IMG/VR virus record: IMGVR_UViG_3300028925_001894
Direction: 5' to 3' (one strand)
Origin: a virus
DNA length: 29,845 nt
Shown here: positions 14,764 to 22,924 of the stretch, piece after piece
Layout of the letters: every line of letters begins with the position of its first letter
Position numbering within the stretch: position 1 is the stretch's first letter
The notes under the pieces: model-generated
Told to the model about the DNA's origin: nothing
What the model saw: only the letters and a program-made list of their open reading frames with translations
Databases searched by the model: none
Made by a program: the position numbers and the translations under genes

Positions 14764-15749
14764 CTGCCGCCTCCGAATCCGCCGCCTGTGCTTACACTGT
14801 CAAAGGCTGGAGTCACCTGCCCCCAGTAGAAATCCTTTTCCTGAATTGATGTTACAAAAAAGAACCCTTGGTCGTTTGGGTAGTCAATTCGCTGGTCTCC
14901 ATCTGTATTCCTGCGCCTGTTTGAACGCTCAAAGGCAATCAGTTTATTTTCGCATGTCAGGTTAATGGTGGAATATTCGCCGCCATCGTTAATGGTCATA
15001 ACGTCCATAAATCCAGTAAATAAAATAGCAGGCGTAGCAATTACATCAGCAGTTTCATTCATTGCACCTATGGCAATGGTCATTTTTCTACCTTGGTAAT
15101 CTTCATCCCTAGCTGTCTGAATTAAAGATGTGTTCAACCCTGTGAGGGTTACACTAGCGCCATTGGCTTTCAGGTCTGCGCTTTCTTCAATTTCACTAAT
15201 CGAAAGTAAATCACCTGCGCCCACATAATCTTCTAGCTCATAAAGATTAACATTGTCTAAAGTTGCAGTTCCTGAAATCTGATTTCTAAGTTCAATTCTA
15301 GTTAAAACAGATACTGCGGTAAACTCATGGTAATTCACTCCAGCGTCATAACCTAGAGGGGGTGCAATATTGGTTGCTCCCACATTATCCCTTGCAACTA
15401 TATGAACTCTTGCATTGTTTTCAAATCCAACCCTGTACTTCCTGCCGCTGACTGTTGTGAAAGCCTGCCTTACACCCGCCCTGTTGCTAAAGTTTTCTGC
15501 ATAAAGTTGAACCGCATTAGCTACATGGGTGACAGTGCCATTGTTAATTTGTGACGTAGCCCACCCGACTAATCCGTTACTGAAGTCGCCATTGGTTATG
15601 AGAGTGCTTCCTAAAGGAGAATTAAGGATTCCACTACCAGACCATAGCCGCACATCACCGCTAGGGAAATCCATATCAATTAAGTAGATAGGTCTAACCA
15701 CTTTAGCATCTGCTACAGCCTGCATCTCAGCGCTTAAAACCCTAGACAT
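14760..15749 (-). CDS. tail-tip/hub protein (gpL or GTA g13-like) with an inserted CBM-like domain
   Basis: The N-terminus VRPIYLIDMDFPSGDVRLWSG and a C-terminal ...FYWGQ core flank an insertion reading NGDFSNGLVGW...ATLDNVNLYEL. Confidence 0.5.
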   Translation of the reverse strand: MSRVLSAEMQAVADAKVVRPIYLIDMDFPSGDVRLWSGSGILNSPLGSTLITNGDFSNGLVGWATSQINNGTVTHVANAVQLYAENFSNRAGVRQAFTTVSGRKYRVGFENNARVHIVARDNVGATNIAPPLGYDAGVNYHEFTAVSVLTRIELRNQISGTATLDNVNLYELEDYVGAGDLLSISEIEESADLKANGASVTLTGLNTSLIQTARDEDYQGRKMTIAIGAMNETADVIATPAILFTGFMDVMTINDGGEYSTINLTCENKLIAFERSNRRRNTDGDQRIDYPNDQGFFFVTSIQEKDFYWGQVTPAFDSVSTGGGFGGGR

Positions 15750-16312
15750 TAAAGAGCCTCCACAAAAGCAAAAGTAAAACCGTACATTGCGGCGGTATCT
15801 GTTGACCAGCTAATATCATTTGAAGCCATGCGCCAAAGGCTTTTTGGTAGAGTAAAATCCAACGCCGTACCTGAGCTAATCGCTTCCCTTAGTGGCGGCT
15901 CAAAACCTAATAAATTATTCCCCGCCGCTTTGTCTGTTGTAGCTAAATAAAGATAATCTCCAAGCTGGAAATAAGTTCCCGCACTTACCGCTGTGGAACC
16001 ACCTCCGCCTAATAGAGTTGTTGCCCTAATAGCGGCATTAGCAGAAAGCCCGACAGAAAGCCCAGCTGTATTATGCAAAGGATGCCCGAAGGTAAACGTG
16101 CCTGATTGCCCTTTAAGGGCGACTACAAAAGCCTCTACCGAACGTGCCTCGGCGTAGGTTAAAGGCGGTAGAGTTACCTCACATTCCCATCTAGCGCCCT
16201 GATGAACATATGTCTGCGTGTCATAAGAAAAAGGCGATTCACTCACTGCAACCGCCCTCTTCAATCTCATTTGTATGTTTTGAATCCCAACGCTGGGGAA
16301 TGCTAATGGCAT
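15749..16312 (-). CDS. distal tail / minor tail protein
   Basis: 187 aa, immediately downstream of the tape measure. The call rests on position. Confidence 0.45.
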   Translation of the reverse strand: MPLAFPSVGIQNIQMRLKRAVAVSESPFSYDTQTYVHQGARWECEVTLPPLTYAEARSVEAFVVALKGQSGTFTFGHPLHNTAGLSVGLSANAAIRATTLLGGGGSTAVSAGTYFQLGDYLYLATTDKAAGNNLLGFEPPLREAISSGTALDFTLPKSLWRMASNDISWSTDTAAMYGFTFAFVEAL

Positions 16313-16313
16313 T

Positions 16314-18221
16314 TTATGCTCCGATTAGTGCTTGACTGTATCCACCGCCGCGCTGTCTTGCGTCTGCTACTGCGCCTTTTGCCGCCGCTGCTATCTGGGG
16401 CATCATGTTTGCAACCTCTGCCCGAACAGTCTGTGCAACGCCGGTTGATATATTGATGGTCTGATTTACAACAACATTGCTACCGCCACCGACTTTGCTG
16501 TTAGGTATTATAGAGCCTGATTGATTAGGTACAAACATCTCTTGCCCACGTTCGCCCACCATGTAAGGTTGACCAGCTTGAACAGAACCGCCGATTGCTT
16601 TGCCGCTAAACATTCCAGATGAACCGCTGCCAAAACCGCCAGCGGTTACAGATTGATTGTTCATTGTACTCATTGAGCCAGTAACAGGAGTAGTTCCAGT
16701 CCCACCCGTAAACGCACCAGTGATAGCACCAAAAGCAGCATCAACAATATACTTCTGAATCAGCATTTTAATAAGGCTATCGACAACGCTTTTAGCCATC
16801 GACTTCATAGCGTCTTTAAAGTTAGCCGCGCCAGTGACAGCAGCAGTAAGAGAATCAGTCAAACCGTCTAAGCCTTGGGTCGTGAGGCTTTTCATATTCT
16901 CTTCCATTGAGGGTAATGAATCACTCCAAGCCTGATAGCCAAGTTTGGCGGAACCCATAGCTTCAGTGAAAGCGTTAGTGCTTTCCGTTAAAGGTGCAAA
17001 TGCGGCTGGGGCGGTCTCGCCTATCTTACCTATAGATTCTATAAGTGCATCAAAAGTAGAGTTCACGGCATCAAGGTCTATCAAACCGCCTAGACTTGTG
17101 CCAAACGATGCCGCTTCTTCTTTGCCCGCAGACAATTCAGATTGCAATACTGTCAAAGTATTAACTAGCTCGCCAATCTCTGCTTGTACCTTTTCAGCCC
17201 CAGCATTGCCTTTGCCGTACATCATGTAATCAACTAAGCCAATATCACCACCTGAAAGCATTGCCGCCTGTAGGTCTTGTAAGTCAGATAGCTTGTCATG
17301 TAGGTGGTCAAATCTGCTTCGCTTAGCATTTTGCTCGAACTTGTTAAAGAATTCGCCTGCCGCAAGGCTGACCGAATCCATAGTATTGGCTAATTTATCT
17401 AAACCAATAAGTGCGCTCCGCACACCCTCCAAAAACCCAACCGCCATTGTTCTTGCGAACTTTGCAATACCGCCTTCAGCTTTGCTAGTTTTTAAGAAAA
17501 AGTCAGTAAGCATGGTGGCAACGTGTTCAATAGCTGGGGCAAGCGCTGCACTGAACTGGTCTTTCAGTCCCTTAACTATAGAGAATAGGTCAGAAAGCGC
17601 ATTGTTTGCTTTCTCAGCTCCTGCCGCTGCTTCGCTAGACATTACAATACCTAAAGCCTGCGCCTTGCCAAACAGTTCATCCAGCCCGCTAGAGCCAAGT
17701 GCCAAAGTATTAACAAGCGCAGCACCTTCACTGTCAAATAGCTTAAAGGCTATTCTTAGCTTGTCAGCATCACTTTCAACATTAGCAAAAGCGCCTGCCA
17801 GCTTCTTCATCTGCACATCAAGCGGTAGCTGCTGTAGTTTTCTAGCGTCTAATCCAAGCTCTTTAATTGCTCCCTTAGCTTCACCAGTTCCTTTTGCGGC
17901 TTCAGCAGTTCTTCGCGTAAATCTCTGCATTGCCATGTTTAAGGTGTTGGTTTCTACGCCCGTTATTTGTGCTGCATATTGCAGTTTAGAAAGTGATTCG
18001 GTGGTTGTGCCTATCTTAGCTGCGGTCTTAGCTAGTGCATCAGCAGAGTTTAAAGAGGTCTTAACAAGAAAGCCAAAGCCACCAACGCCAGCCACACCGA
18101 TAAGAGCAGTTTTCATGCTAAAGATTGACTTTGTTATACGCCCTAAACCTGCACCAACAGACTTAAAGCCCTTGCTGGTTCTGTCTATTGCGGATATTAC
18201 AATGCGGGTATCTTCAGCCAT
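16314..18221 (-). CDS. tail tape measure protein
   Basis: 635 aa, Ala/Gly/Leu-rich and largely helical-looking. Follows the G/GT chaperone pair. The C-terminal part reads GQPYMVGERGQEMFVP. Confidence 0.85.
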   Translation of the reverse strand: MAEDTRIVISAIDRTSKGFKSVGAGLGRITKSIFSMKTALIGVAGVGGFGFLVKTSLNSADALAKTAAKIGTTTESLSKLQYAAQITGVETNTLNMAMQRFTRRTAEAAKGTGEAKGAIKELGLDARKLQQLPLDVQMKKLAGAFANVESDADKLRIAFKLFDSEGAALVNTLALGSSGLDELFGKAQALGIVMSSEAAAGAEKANNALSDLFSIVKGLKDQFSAALAPAIEHVATMLTDFFLKTSKAEGGIAKFARTMAVGFLEGVRSALIGLDKLANTMDSVSLAAGEFFNKFEQNAKRSRFDHLHDKLSDLQDLQAAMLSGGDIGLVDYMMYGKGNAGAEKVQAEIGELVNTLTVLQSELSAGKEEAASFGTSLGGLIDLDAVNSTFDALIESIGKIGETAPAAFAPLTESTNAFTEAMGSAKLGYQAWSDSLPSMEENMKSLTTQGLDGLTDSLTAAVTGAANFKDAMKSMAKSVVDSLIKMLIQKYIVDAAFGAITGAFTGGTGTTPVTGSMSTMNNQSVTAGGFGSGSSGMFSGKAIGGSVQAGQPYMVGERGQEMFVPNQSGSIIPNSKVGGGSNVVVNQTINISTGVAQTVRAEVANMMPQIAAAAKGAVADARQRGGGYSQALIGA

Positions 18222-18707
18222 CTTTCTTCTCGCTCAGTAGGTGAAAGTAAGCAAGCCATTCATTAAATTCTGAAAGGCTCATCTGCTCTGCTTCTGCTAT
18301 AGGTATGTGAAGCCTCTCAGCCAAGGCAATAACATTCATCCTTAACTGAGAGGTTTCTAGTTTTTTATTGCTGTTTCAACCGACTCAATAGTGCTAAACA
18401 TCTGGTCTGCAATTGTACTAATTACAGAGGTTTCTTCGCCCATCAGGTCAATTCTGTCTTCAGCACTTGTAAACAATTTACTGCCGCCTTCGTCCTCAGC
18501 TTTCAGAACAATCAAATCAACCATTGCACCGATAGTTGGGGCTTCCATAATCTGCGGGTGTTTCTTCTGTAGCTCATTAATATCGTAACAAGTAATAGGG
18601 CGGCAAAACATTGTAAACGCTTTACCATCCCCATCAGCCCATGCCTCAACACTAACTTCACGCGCCTTAATTACGCGCCTGTTTCTTAACTCTTTAGCTA
18701 AACCCAT
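18214..18707 (-). CDS. tail assembly chaperone GT fusion made by a -1 frameshift at 18366..18360
   Basis: After A_AAA_AAC the -1 frame is open for 48 codons (LETSQLRMNVIALAERL...EWLAYFHLLSEKKDG). It ends at a TGA at 18216..18214, overlapping the tape-measure ATG. Confidence 0.65.
18357..18707 (-). CDS. tail assembly chaperone (gpG-like)
   Basis: 116-aa acidic protein between the tail tube and tape measure genes. It ends ...AIKN-TAG right on a slippery heptamer. Confidence 0.7.
   Translation of the reverse strand: MGLAKELRNRRVIKAREVSVEAWADGDGKAFTMFCRPITCYDINELQKKHPQIMEAPTIGAMVDLIVLKAEDEGGSKLFTSAEDRIDLMGEETSVISTIADQMFSTIESVETAIKN
18360..18366 (-). promoter_or_regulatory. slippery heptamer A_AAA_AAC for a -1 programmed frameshift
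   Basis: The zero frame reads ATA AAA AAC TAG. The X_XXY_YYZ heptamer sits directly before the stop codon. Confidence 0.65.
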
Positions 18708-18732
18708 GTTACTTCCTCCTAGTTGAATTAAA

Positions 18733-19134
18733 TTATGCTGTTGCTTCTGTCACTGCACCGCTTACCTGAATGGCAAAACTAGCTTCTACCATACCATCAA
18801 AAGCCGCTGTGATTGACTTAGATGTGACGTTACCTGCGCCTGTGTAGTATTTCTCACCAGTACCAGTGCCAGTAGGGTAAATTTCGAAAATAATGGCGGC
18901 GCGTGCATCTAGTACAAGCTGTTGCGCGTCTGTGTCATCCCAGTAGCATTCCAGAGAAAGCGTACTAGCTTCTAAGCCGGCTTTGTAAGTACGGGCAGCA
19001 TCGCCCATAATGCTGTCTTCAATAGTGTCAGCACTCGTTTCAATAGTGTAAGAACGCACTTCACCAACAACAGCTTCAGTACCGCCCGCCACTGCTAATT
19101 TCACTACGCCTGTTGAGCCTGTATGTGTAGCCAT
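18733..19134 (-). CDS. major tail tube protein
   Basis: 133 aa, upstream of the G/GT pair and tape measure. No sheath gene is present. Its composition resembles small siphovirus tube proteins. Confidence 0.6.
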   Translation of the reverse strand: MATHTGSTGVVKLAVAGGTEAVVGEVRSYTIETSADTIEDSIMGDAARTYKAGLEASTLSLECYWDDTDAQQLVLDARAAIIFEIYPTGTGTGEKYYTGAGNVTSKSITAAFDGMVEASFAIQVSGAVTEATA

Positions 19135-19151
19135 TTAAATCACCTTTTACT

Positions 19152-19589
19152 TTAAGTTGTGCCGCGTGTGTATTCGTATATCACGCGAACGGTTAGAATT
19201 ACACCGCCGACAGGGGCAATAGAACCCTCATCGACTTCAATATTAATTAGCTGGGTATCCAGCGCAAAACCGCCTCTAGTGCGGTCTTGTTCAAGCCCTT
19301 CTTCAATGGCTTCTATTATGTTGTTTCTAGCTTGGTCAATAACCCCAGCCTTAACAAAGCAGACCAGCTCATAGTTAATACTAGCCATGCGCTTTCCCAT
19401 TGTTCCAGCAATAGAGCTATCTTCGCGGCTTTCGCCAGCAGTCCTAACCAATGCGGCTGGGAACTGCGCGTTTGATAACTTCTGGAAATCAAAAGGCTCC
19501 CTTGTGGCGTAGCTAATGCGCGTTGGCAATATGACGCTATCCCGCAAGGTATCGACTATATTATTAGCAATGCTTTCTCTAACGCTCAT
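19152..19589 (-). CDS. tail terminator or tail completion protein
   Basis: 145 aa, directly upstream of the tube gene. Positional call. Confidence 0.45.
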   Translation of the reverse strand: MSVRESIANNIVDTLRDSVILPTRISYATREPFDFQKLSNAQFPAALVRTAGESREDSSIAGTMGKRMASINYELVCFVKAGVIDQARNNIIEAIEEGLEQDRTRGGFALDTQLINIEVDEGSIAPVGGVILTVRVIYEYTRGTT

Positions 19590-20008
19590 CTTATAAACCT
19601 TCCAAATGCTTTAGCGAGTCGCTTTTCTTCATCGCGGTTGAAGCCGAAAAATGGCCTTGTTTTATTATTGCCAGATGCCTTGCCTGATTCAGTAGCACCA
19701 CGAAAGAATATTTCAGCTTGCTTGTGGTTAGCCCTGCTGGTCATAGCCGCCATCATATTTCCGCTATAGTTTAACCTTGGAAAAGTGTCCCGATTCTTCT
19801 CGACCAAGAATGCCGCGTACTTTTCGCTATATGGCTTAAACTTGCCGTCCTTAAAGCCTACTCCGCTTTTTGTTCTGTCCTGAATGATATTAATACCAAT
19901 CTGGGCAACACGCCAAAGAGCAGTCTTATACTTAGCCTTTAACTCTGCTGACATCTTCTTAGGGATGCCGCCGAAGTTTCTAGGACTGGTCTTTATGTTT
20001 ACATTCAT
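19586..20008 (-). CDS. head closure / tail-joining protein (HK97 gp10 or Mu G-like)
   Basis: 140 aa. The call rests on position plus the segment ...YSGNMMAAMTSRAN...RPFFGF. Confidence 0.4.
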   Translation of the reverse strand: MNVNIKTSPRNFGGIPKKMSAELKAKYKTALWRVAQIGINIIQDRTKSGVGFKDGKFKPYSEKYAAFLVEKNRDTFPRLNYSGNMMAAMTSRANHKQAEIFFRGATESGKASGNNKTRPFFGFNRDEEKRLAKAFGRFIR

Positions 20009-20427
20009 TATCTAACCAAGCGCCCATGGTTAATTGGGGTCTTCTCGCCATCAGTTAAATTGCCATCACCATCAGCGTCATATTCTACGCCGTCTTGGAA
20101 TACAGCTTCAATTTCTTCACTATATCGCGACTTGTAAAAGTCAATCATGCCCATAAAGCGGTCATTGTCCACCCAGTTAGTCAACTTAGGTAGCGCGTAC
20201 TTCCATAGAACAAGGTAAGCACTTGCGTCAGTCCACTGGGCATCTGTGAGGTAAGCTGCCTTAAGTTCCCCAGCATAGCCTCTTTTGTCCCACCATTCGG
20301 CGCGTATCTTGCGCTCAATATCGGCTTGAGCTTTTGCGTGTTCTTGGCTGAAAGAATCAATGCCCAGATTTAAAATGTCTGGGATAATTGCCATCAGGTC
20401 TGCGTCTGTACTAAATGCCATTACCAC
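20008..20427 (-). CDS. head-tail adaptor (gp6-like connector)
   Basis: 139 aa and the first gene after the capsid gene. Positional call. Confidence 0.45.
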   Translation of the reverse strand: MVMAFSTDADLMAIIPDILNLGIDSFSQEHAKAQADIERKIRAEWWDKRGYAGELKAAYLTDAQWTDASAYLVLWKYALPKLTNWVDNDRFMGMIDFYKSRYSEEIEAVFQDGVEYDADGDGNLTDGEKTPINHGRLVR

Positions 20428-20445
20428 TTCACCTTATATGCCCTA

Positions 20446-20474
20446 GTAAAAACCCACCCCCCGAAAGAGGTGGG
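20446..20474 (-). terminator. rho-independent terminator or attenuator after the capsid gene
   Basis: On the minus strand: CCCACCTC-TTTCGG-GGGGTGGG followed by TTTTTAC, 16 nt after the capsid stop. Confidence 0.65.
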
Positions 20475-20489
20475 CTTAGTCTTACTTAC

Positions 20490-21323
20490 TTACAGTGCAG
20501 AATCAAAAGTCAGCTTAACGCCAAAGCTGTCATCAAGCTCGGCTACACCATAAGCGGCTGTAGCATTAAGCTCGAAGGCACGCAAAGATGCATCACGCTG
20601 TGACTCAATACCGAAGTCTCGCTTGAGTGCCATTGCCAATGCTTCCGGTGCGAATACCGCGCCGATAGAATCGCCAGCACCATCAATAGCAACATTCGCA
20701 GACTCATAAACGTCAATGCCAGCAATGCTACCGACATAGCCATTAATCATAGCGGTGTTTTGAGCATCACCACCATTCGGGTTAGCGAAGGTGTTAGTCA
20801 GGTTAGCTTTAAGCTGATAGGCTTGGAACGGGTGCAGAACCGCAGCAATATTGCCAGTCACTTTAGCAGCTCGAAGAGTCGCCTGTGCTTTGAACAAATC
20901 AGCAACAGTAATTTCTGTGCCAGCTCCGCCAAGGCCAGTGCTGAAGCCAGTGAACAGACCGATAAGGTCAGTGTCCATCTTAGTGGCGATAGCATTACCA
21001 AGTACAGTACCAAGCTCAACAGCAGGGTTACCAGCGCCAAAAGCGGCCATATCAGTAAGAACAACCTGTGCGCCAACTTCGCCAACTGTAACAGTTACAG
21101 AGCTAGTTGAAACAGTGGTTGAGGTCATGTCCGAACCTTCAGTAAGGTCGGTCGCGGCAATTGCTGGGTACTTAGGAATCTGGACAGTCTTGCCAGCTTC
21201 GTTTGCAATGTTGTACTGAGTAACCAAGCCCATCATCAGAGATTGTTCTTCAGCGGTGAATCGTGCCTGTGCGATAATATTCGCAAACAGGTCGTCTAGT
21301 GTAGCGCTAGTAGTAGCAGCCAT
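20490..21323 (-). CDS. major capsid protein
   Basis: 277 aa, directly downstream of the scaffold gene and followed by a hairpin terminator. Ala/Gly/Thr-rich composition. Confidence 0.75.
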   Translation of the reverse strand: MAATTSATLDDLFANIIAQARFTAEEQSLMMGLVTQYNIANEAGKTVQIPKYPAIAATDLTEGSDMTSTTVSTSSVTVTVGEVGAQVVLTDMAAFGAGNPAVELGTVLGNAIATKMDTDLIGLFTGFSTGLGGAGTEITVADLFKAQATLRAAKVTGNIAAVLHPFQAYQLKANLTNTFANPNGGDAQNTAMINGYVGSIAGIDVYESANVAIDGAGDSIGAVFAPEALAMALKRDFGIESQRDASLRAFELNATAAYGVAELDDSFGVKLTFDSAL

Positions 21324-21350
21324 CAGTGTATCCTCAAAAATTAGTTTAGG

Positions 21351-22028
21351 TTATTTTGGTTTCTTCATCATAGCGCGATAGGCTTCACGCCCACCATCGT
21401 TCCAATTAGCAACCATTTCAACCGCAGATTGAGGCTTCTGCGTAGAGCCACCAGCGTTGCCCTTACTTCCTGTTCCGCCTTGTCCAGCGCGCACGAAGTG
21501 AGGATTAGCCGTTAAGAATTCTGTCACCATTTCATTAACTGATAACAAATCACCGCTATCATTGTAACGCGGCGTTCCGTTGTTGTCTAACACTTCAACA
21601 GTGCCGTCGTCAGAAAGCCGCGTAGTCCCTTTTAAGAGCGTTGAAACTTGCTCTGGGCTGACTGCATTGTTGGCGCTTGCGCTTTGCAGTAGAGCGCCAT
21701 CTACAAGCGTTGACTGTAGCTTAGACTTGTAACTGTTAATCTCTTGGTCTTTCTTCTCAACAGTAGACTTTAGAATGCTTTCAAATTCGCCTCTTTCTTT
21801 TTGCTGTTCAATCTGTGATTTTTCTTTTTCAGCCATTAGCTGTTTTGCTTCATCAAGGTTTACACCTGATAGCTGCTTTTCAAACTTGCGCTGCTCGCGT
21901 GCTACTCGGTCAGCAACAATCTTATCTAAATCTTGTTGAGTAAATGTTTTAGTCTGCGCTGCTGCTGCCGCTGCTGCTTCTGCTGCCGCTGCTGCTTCTG
22001 CTTCTGTTCCCACGATGCCTTCGCTCAT
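21351..22028 (-). CDS. capsid scaffolding protein (DUF4355-like)
   Basis: The ATG at 22028 (MSEGIVG) has GAGG upstream. Features are an Ala-rich tract, then FTQQDLDKIVADRVAREQRKFEK and a charged, coiled-coil-like body. Confidence 0.7.
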   Translation of the reverse strand: MSEGIVGTEAEAAAAAEAAAAAAAQTKTFTQQDLDKIVADRVAREQRKFEKQLSGVNLDEAKQLMAEKEKSQIEQQKERGEFESILKSTVEKKDQEINSYKSKLQSTLVDGALLQSASANNAVSPEQVSTLLKGTTRLSDDGTVEVLDNNGTPRYNDSGDLLSVNEMVTEFLTANPHFVRAGQGGTGSKGNAGGSTQKPQSAVEMVANWNDGGREAYRAMMKKPK

Positions 22029-22066
22029 GTGACGATGCCTCAAATTGAGTGTGTTGGTGAGGCTTG

Positions 22067-22094
22067 AGTTTACCATAAGGCCAACTGTTCGCAA
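22067..22094 (-). promoter_or_regulatory. candidate extended -10 promoter for the scaffold/capsid unit
   Basis: On the minus strand: TTGCGA, 16 bp, TGG-TAAACT. Identified by eye only, and it is not part of the three-copy cassette. Confidence 0.3.
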
Positions 22095-22160
22095 ATATCA
22101 ACCTATATATGTACGATTGTTACCAAAAAATCTACATATGCATATACTTTTACGATAGTG

Positions 22161-22189
22161 TTGACATAAATGTAAATAACAGGCAAGAT
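22161..22189 (+). promoter_or_regulatory. sigma70-like promoter, copy 3 of the cassette, driving the plus-strand island
   Basis: ATAGTGTT-TTGACA, 17 bp (tAAATGTAAAtaaCAGG), CAAGAT, then the leader CCTACATTCAAAAAACAACAGGGCT (22193..22217) and the ATG at 22223. Confidence 0.7.
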
Positions 22190-22222
22190 GCTCCTACATT
22201 CAAAAAACAACAGGGCTTTCCC

Positions 22223-22546
22223 ATGAACATTATTCTTTCGCTACAGAGCAGAATCTCTAAAAGACTTGAAGAAACTAAGTCGCCATGCAAAACATATAAG
22301 ACAATAGAAGCCGCCGCAAAGGTAGCGGATAAGACAGCGCAGAAAGCAGCCGCTTACTTTGATGTTGAGTATCAATCTGGCAACAGAGAGCTTGATAGTG
22401 TAATGCCAGCTAGATACGTTATCTTTCATATTGCAAAGCTAGACAGATACGCAATAGGATTCGACCAGACTGAGATTATGAGCAGAAAAGATTTTGCTGG
22501 CGGCTATATGGGCATGTTGGCACACGAAGGTCACTACACTTACTAA
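22223..22546 (+). CDS. hypothetical 107-aa protein (island gene 1)
   Basis: The ATG at 22223 (MNIILSLQSR...) follows the leader. The track start at 22109 would begin upstream of the promoter. Confidence 0.55.
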   Translation: MNIILSLQSRISKRLEETKSPCKTYKTIEAAAKVADKTAQKAAAYFDVEYQSGNRELDSVMPARYVIFHIAKLDRYAIGFDQTEIMSRKDFAGGYMGMLAHEGHYTY

Positions 22547-22553
22547 TTCAAAT

Positions 22554-22567
22554 GCCCCTTCGGGGGC
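22554..22567 (+). promoter_or_regulatory. intercistronic C(UUCG)G tetraloop hairpin
   Basis: TAATTCAAAT-GCCCC-TTCG-GGGGC-tacccttGGAGGGGattATGCATACT. This is homologous to the junction at 7166..7209 on the minus strand. Confidence 0.65.
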
Positions 22568-22584
22568 TACCCTTGGAGGGGATT

Positions 22585-22923
22585 ATGCATACTTTAAAAC
22601 CAGACACGCAAACGCTAGACCAAGCCCACGACCATTACTGTGAAGATAATCACTTGGGTAGCTTCAAGATGCTAACTCAGCGCGAGTACGACGAAGTGCG
22701 TAGGCAAGAGAAAGCCAGAGGCTTAATTATATTTGAGGGCGATTATGTAACGCTGACAGGCGAACCAGAATGGCTTAAGGTTGTTGATATTATTATCGTA
22801 AACAGTAACCCCGACTGCAATATGCTGAAGCTGTCAGATGGCTATATAGTACCAGCACCAGTTGAGCGTTATGTAGACAAAGTGGCCGCTTATGAAAGCT
22901 TAAGAATTATGGAGGCTAATTAG
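22585..22923 (+). CDS. hypothetical 112-aa protein (island gene 2)
   Basis: The ATG at 22585 (MHTLKPD...) has GGAGGGG upstream. The longer start at 22552 would read through the hairpin. Confidence 0.55.
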   Translation: MHTLKPDTQTLDQAHDHYCEDNHLGSFKMLTQREYDEVRRQEKARGLIIFEGDYVTLTGEPEWLKVVDIIIVNSNPDCNMLKLSDGYIVPAPVERYVDKVAAYESLRIMEAN

Positions 22924-22924
22924 A

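Noticed and set aside
17293-18240. A 315-aa plus-strand ORF antisense to the tape measure gene. Similar long antisense ORFs occur at 16945..17229, 9185..9628, 20760..21219 and 6903..7220.
   Set aside because: The products are Ser/Ala/Leu/Pro-rich low-complexity sequences, as expected from reading Ala/Gly/Leu-rich genes on the opposite strand. They have no promoter or SD context and lie wholly inside well-supported genes.
19998-20008. An AATGTAAACAT word identical to the spacer of promoter copy 2.
   Set aside because: It is the first codons of a structural gene (ATG AAT GTA AAC ATA). There is no TTGACA-type -35, -10 or leader around it, so it is probably a chance match.
22109-22222. The long version of the first island ORF (145 aa from 22109). 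Similar long starts occur at 7389, 7207, 1126, 22094 and 22552.
   Set aside because: These upstream extensions would run through promoter elements, the conserved leader or the UNCG hairpins. Internal ATGs with SD sequences directly follow those elements.
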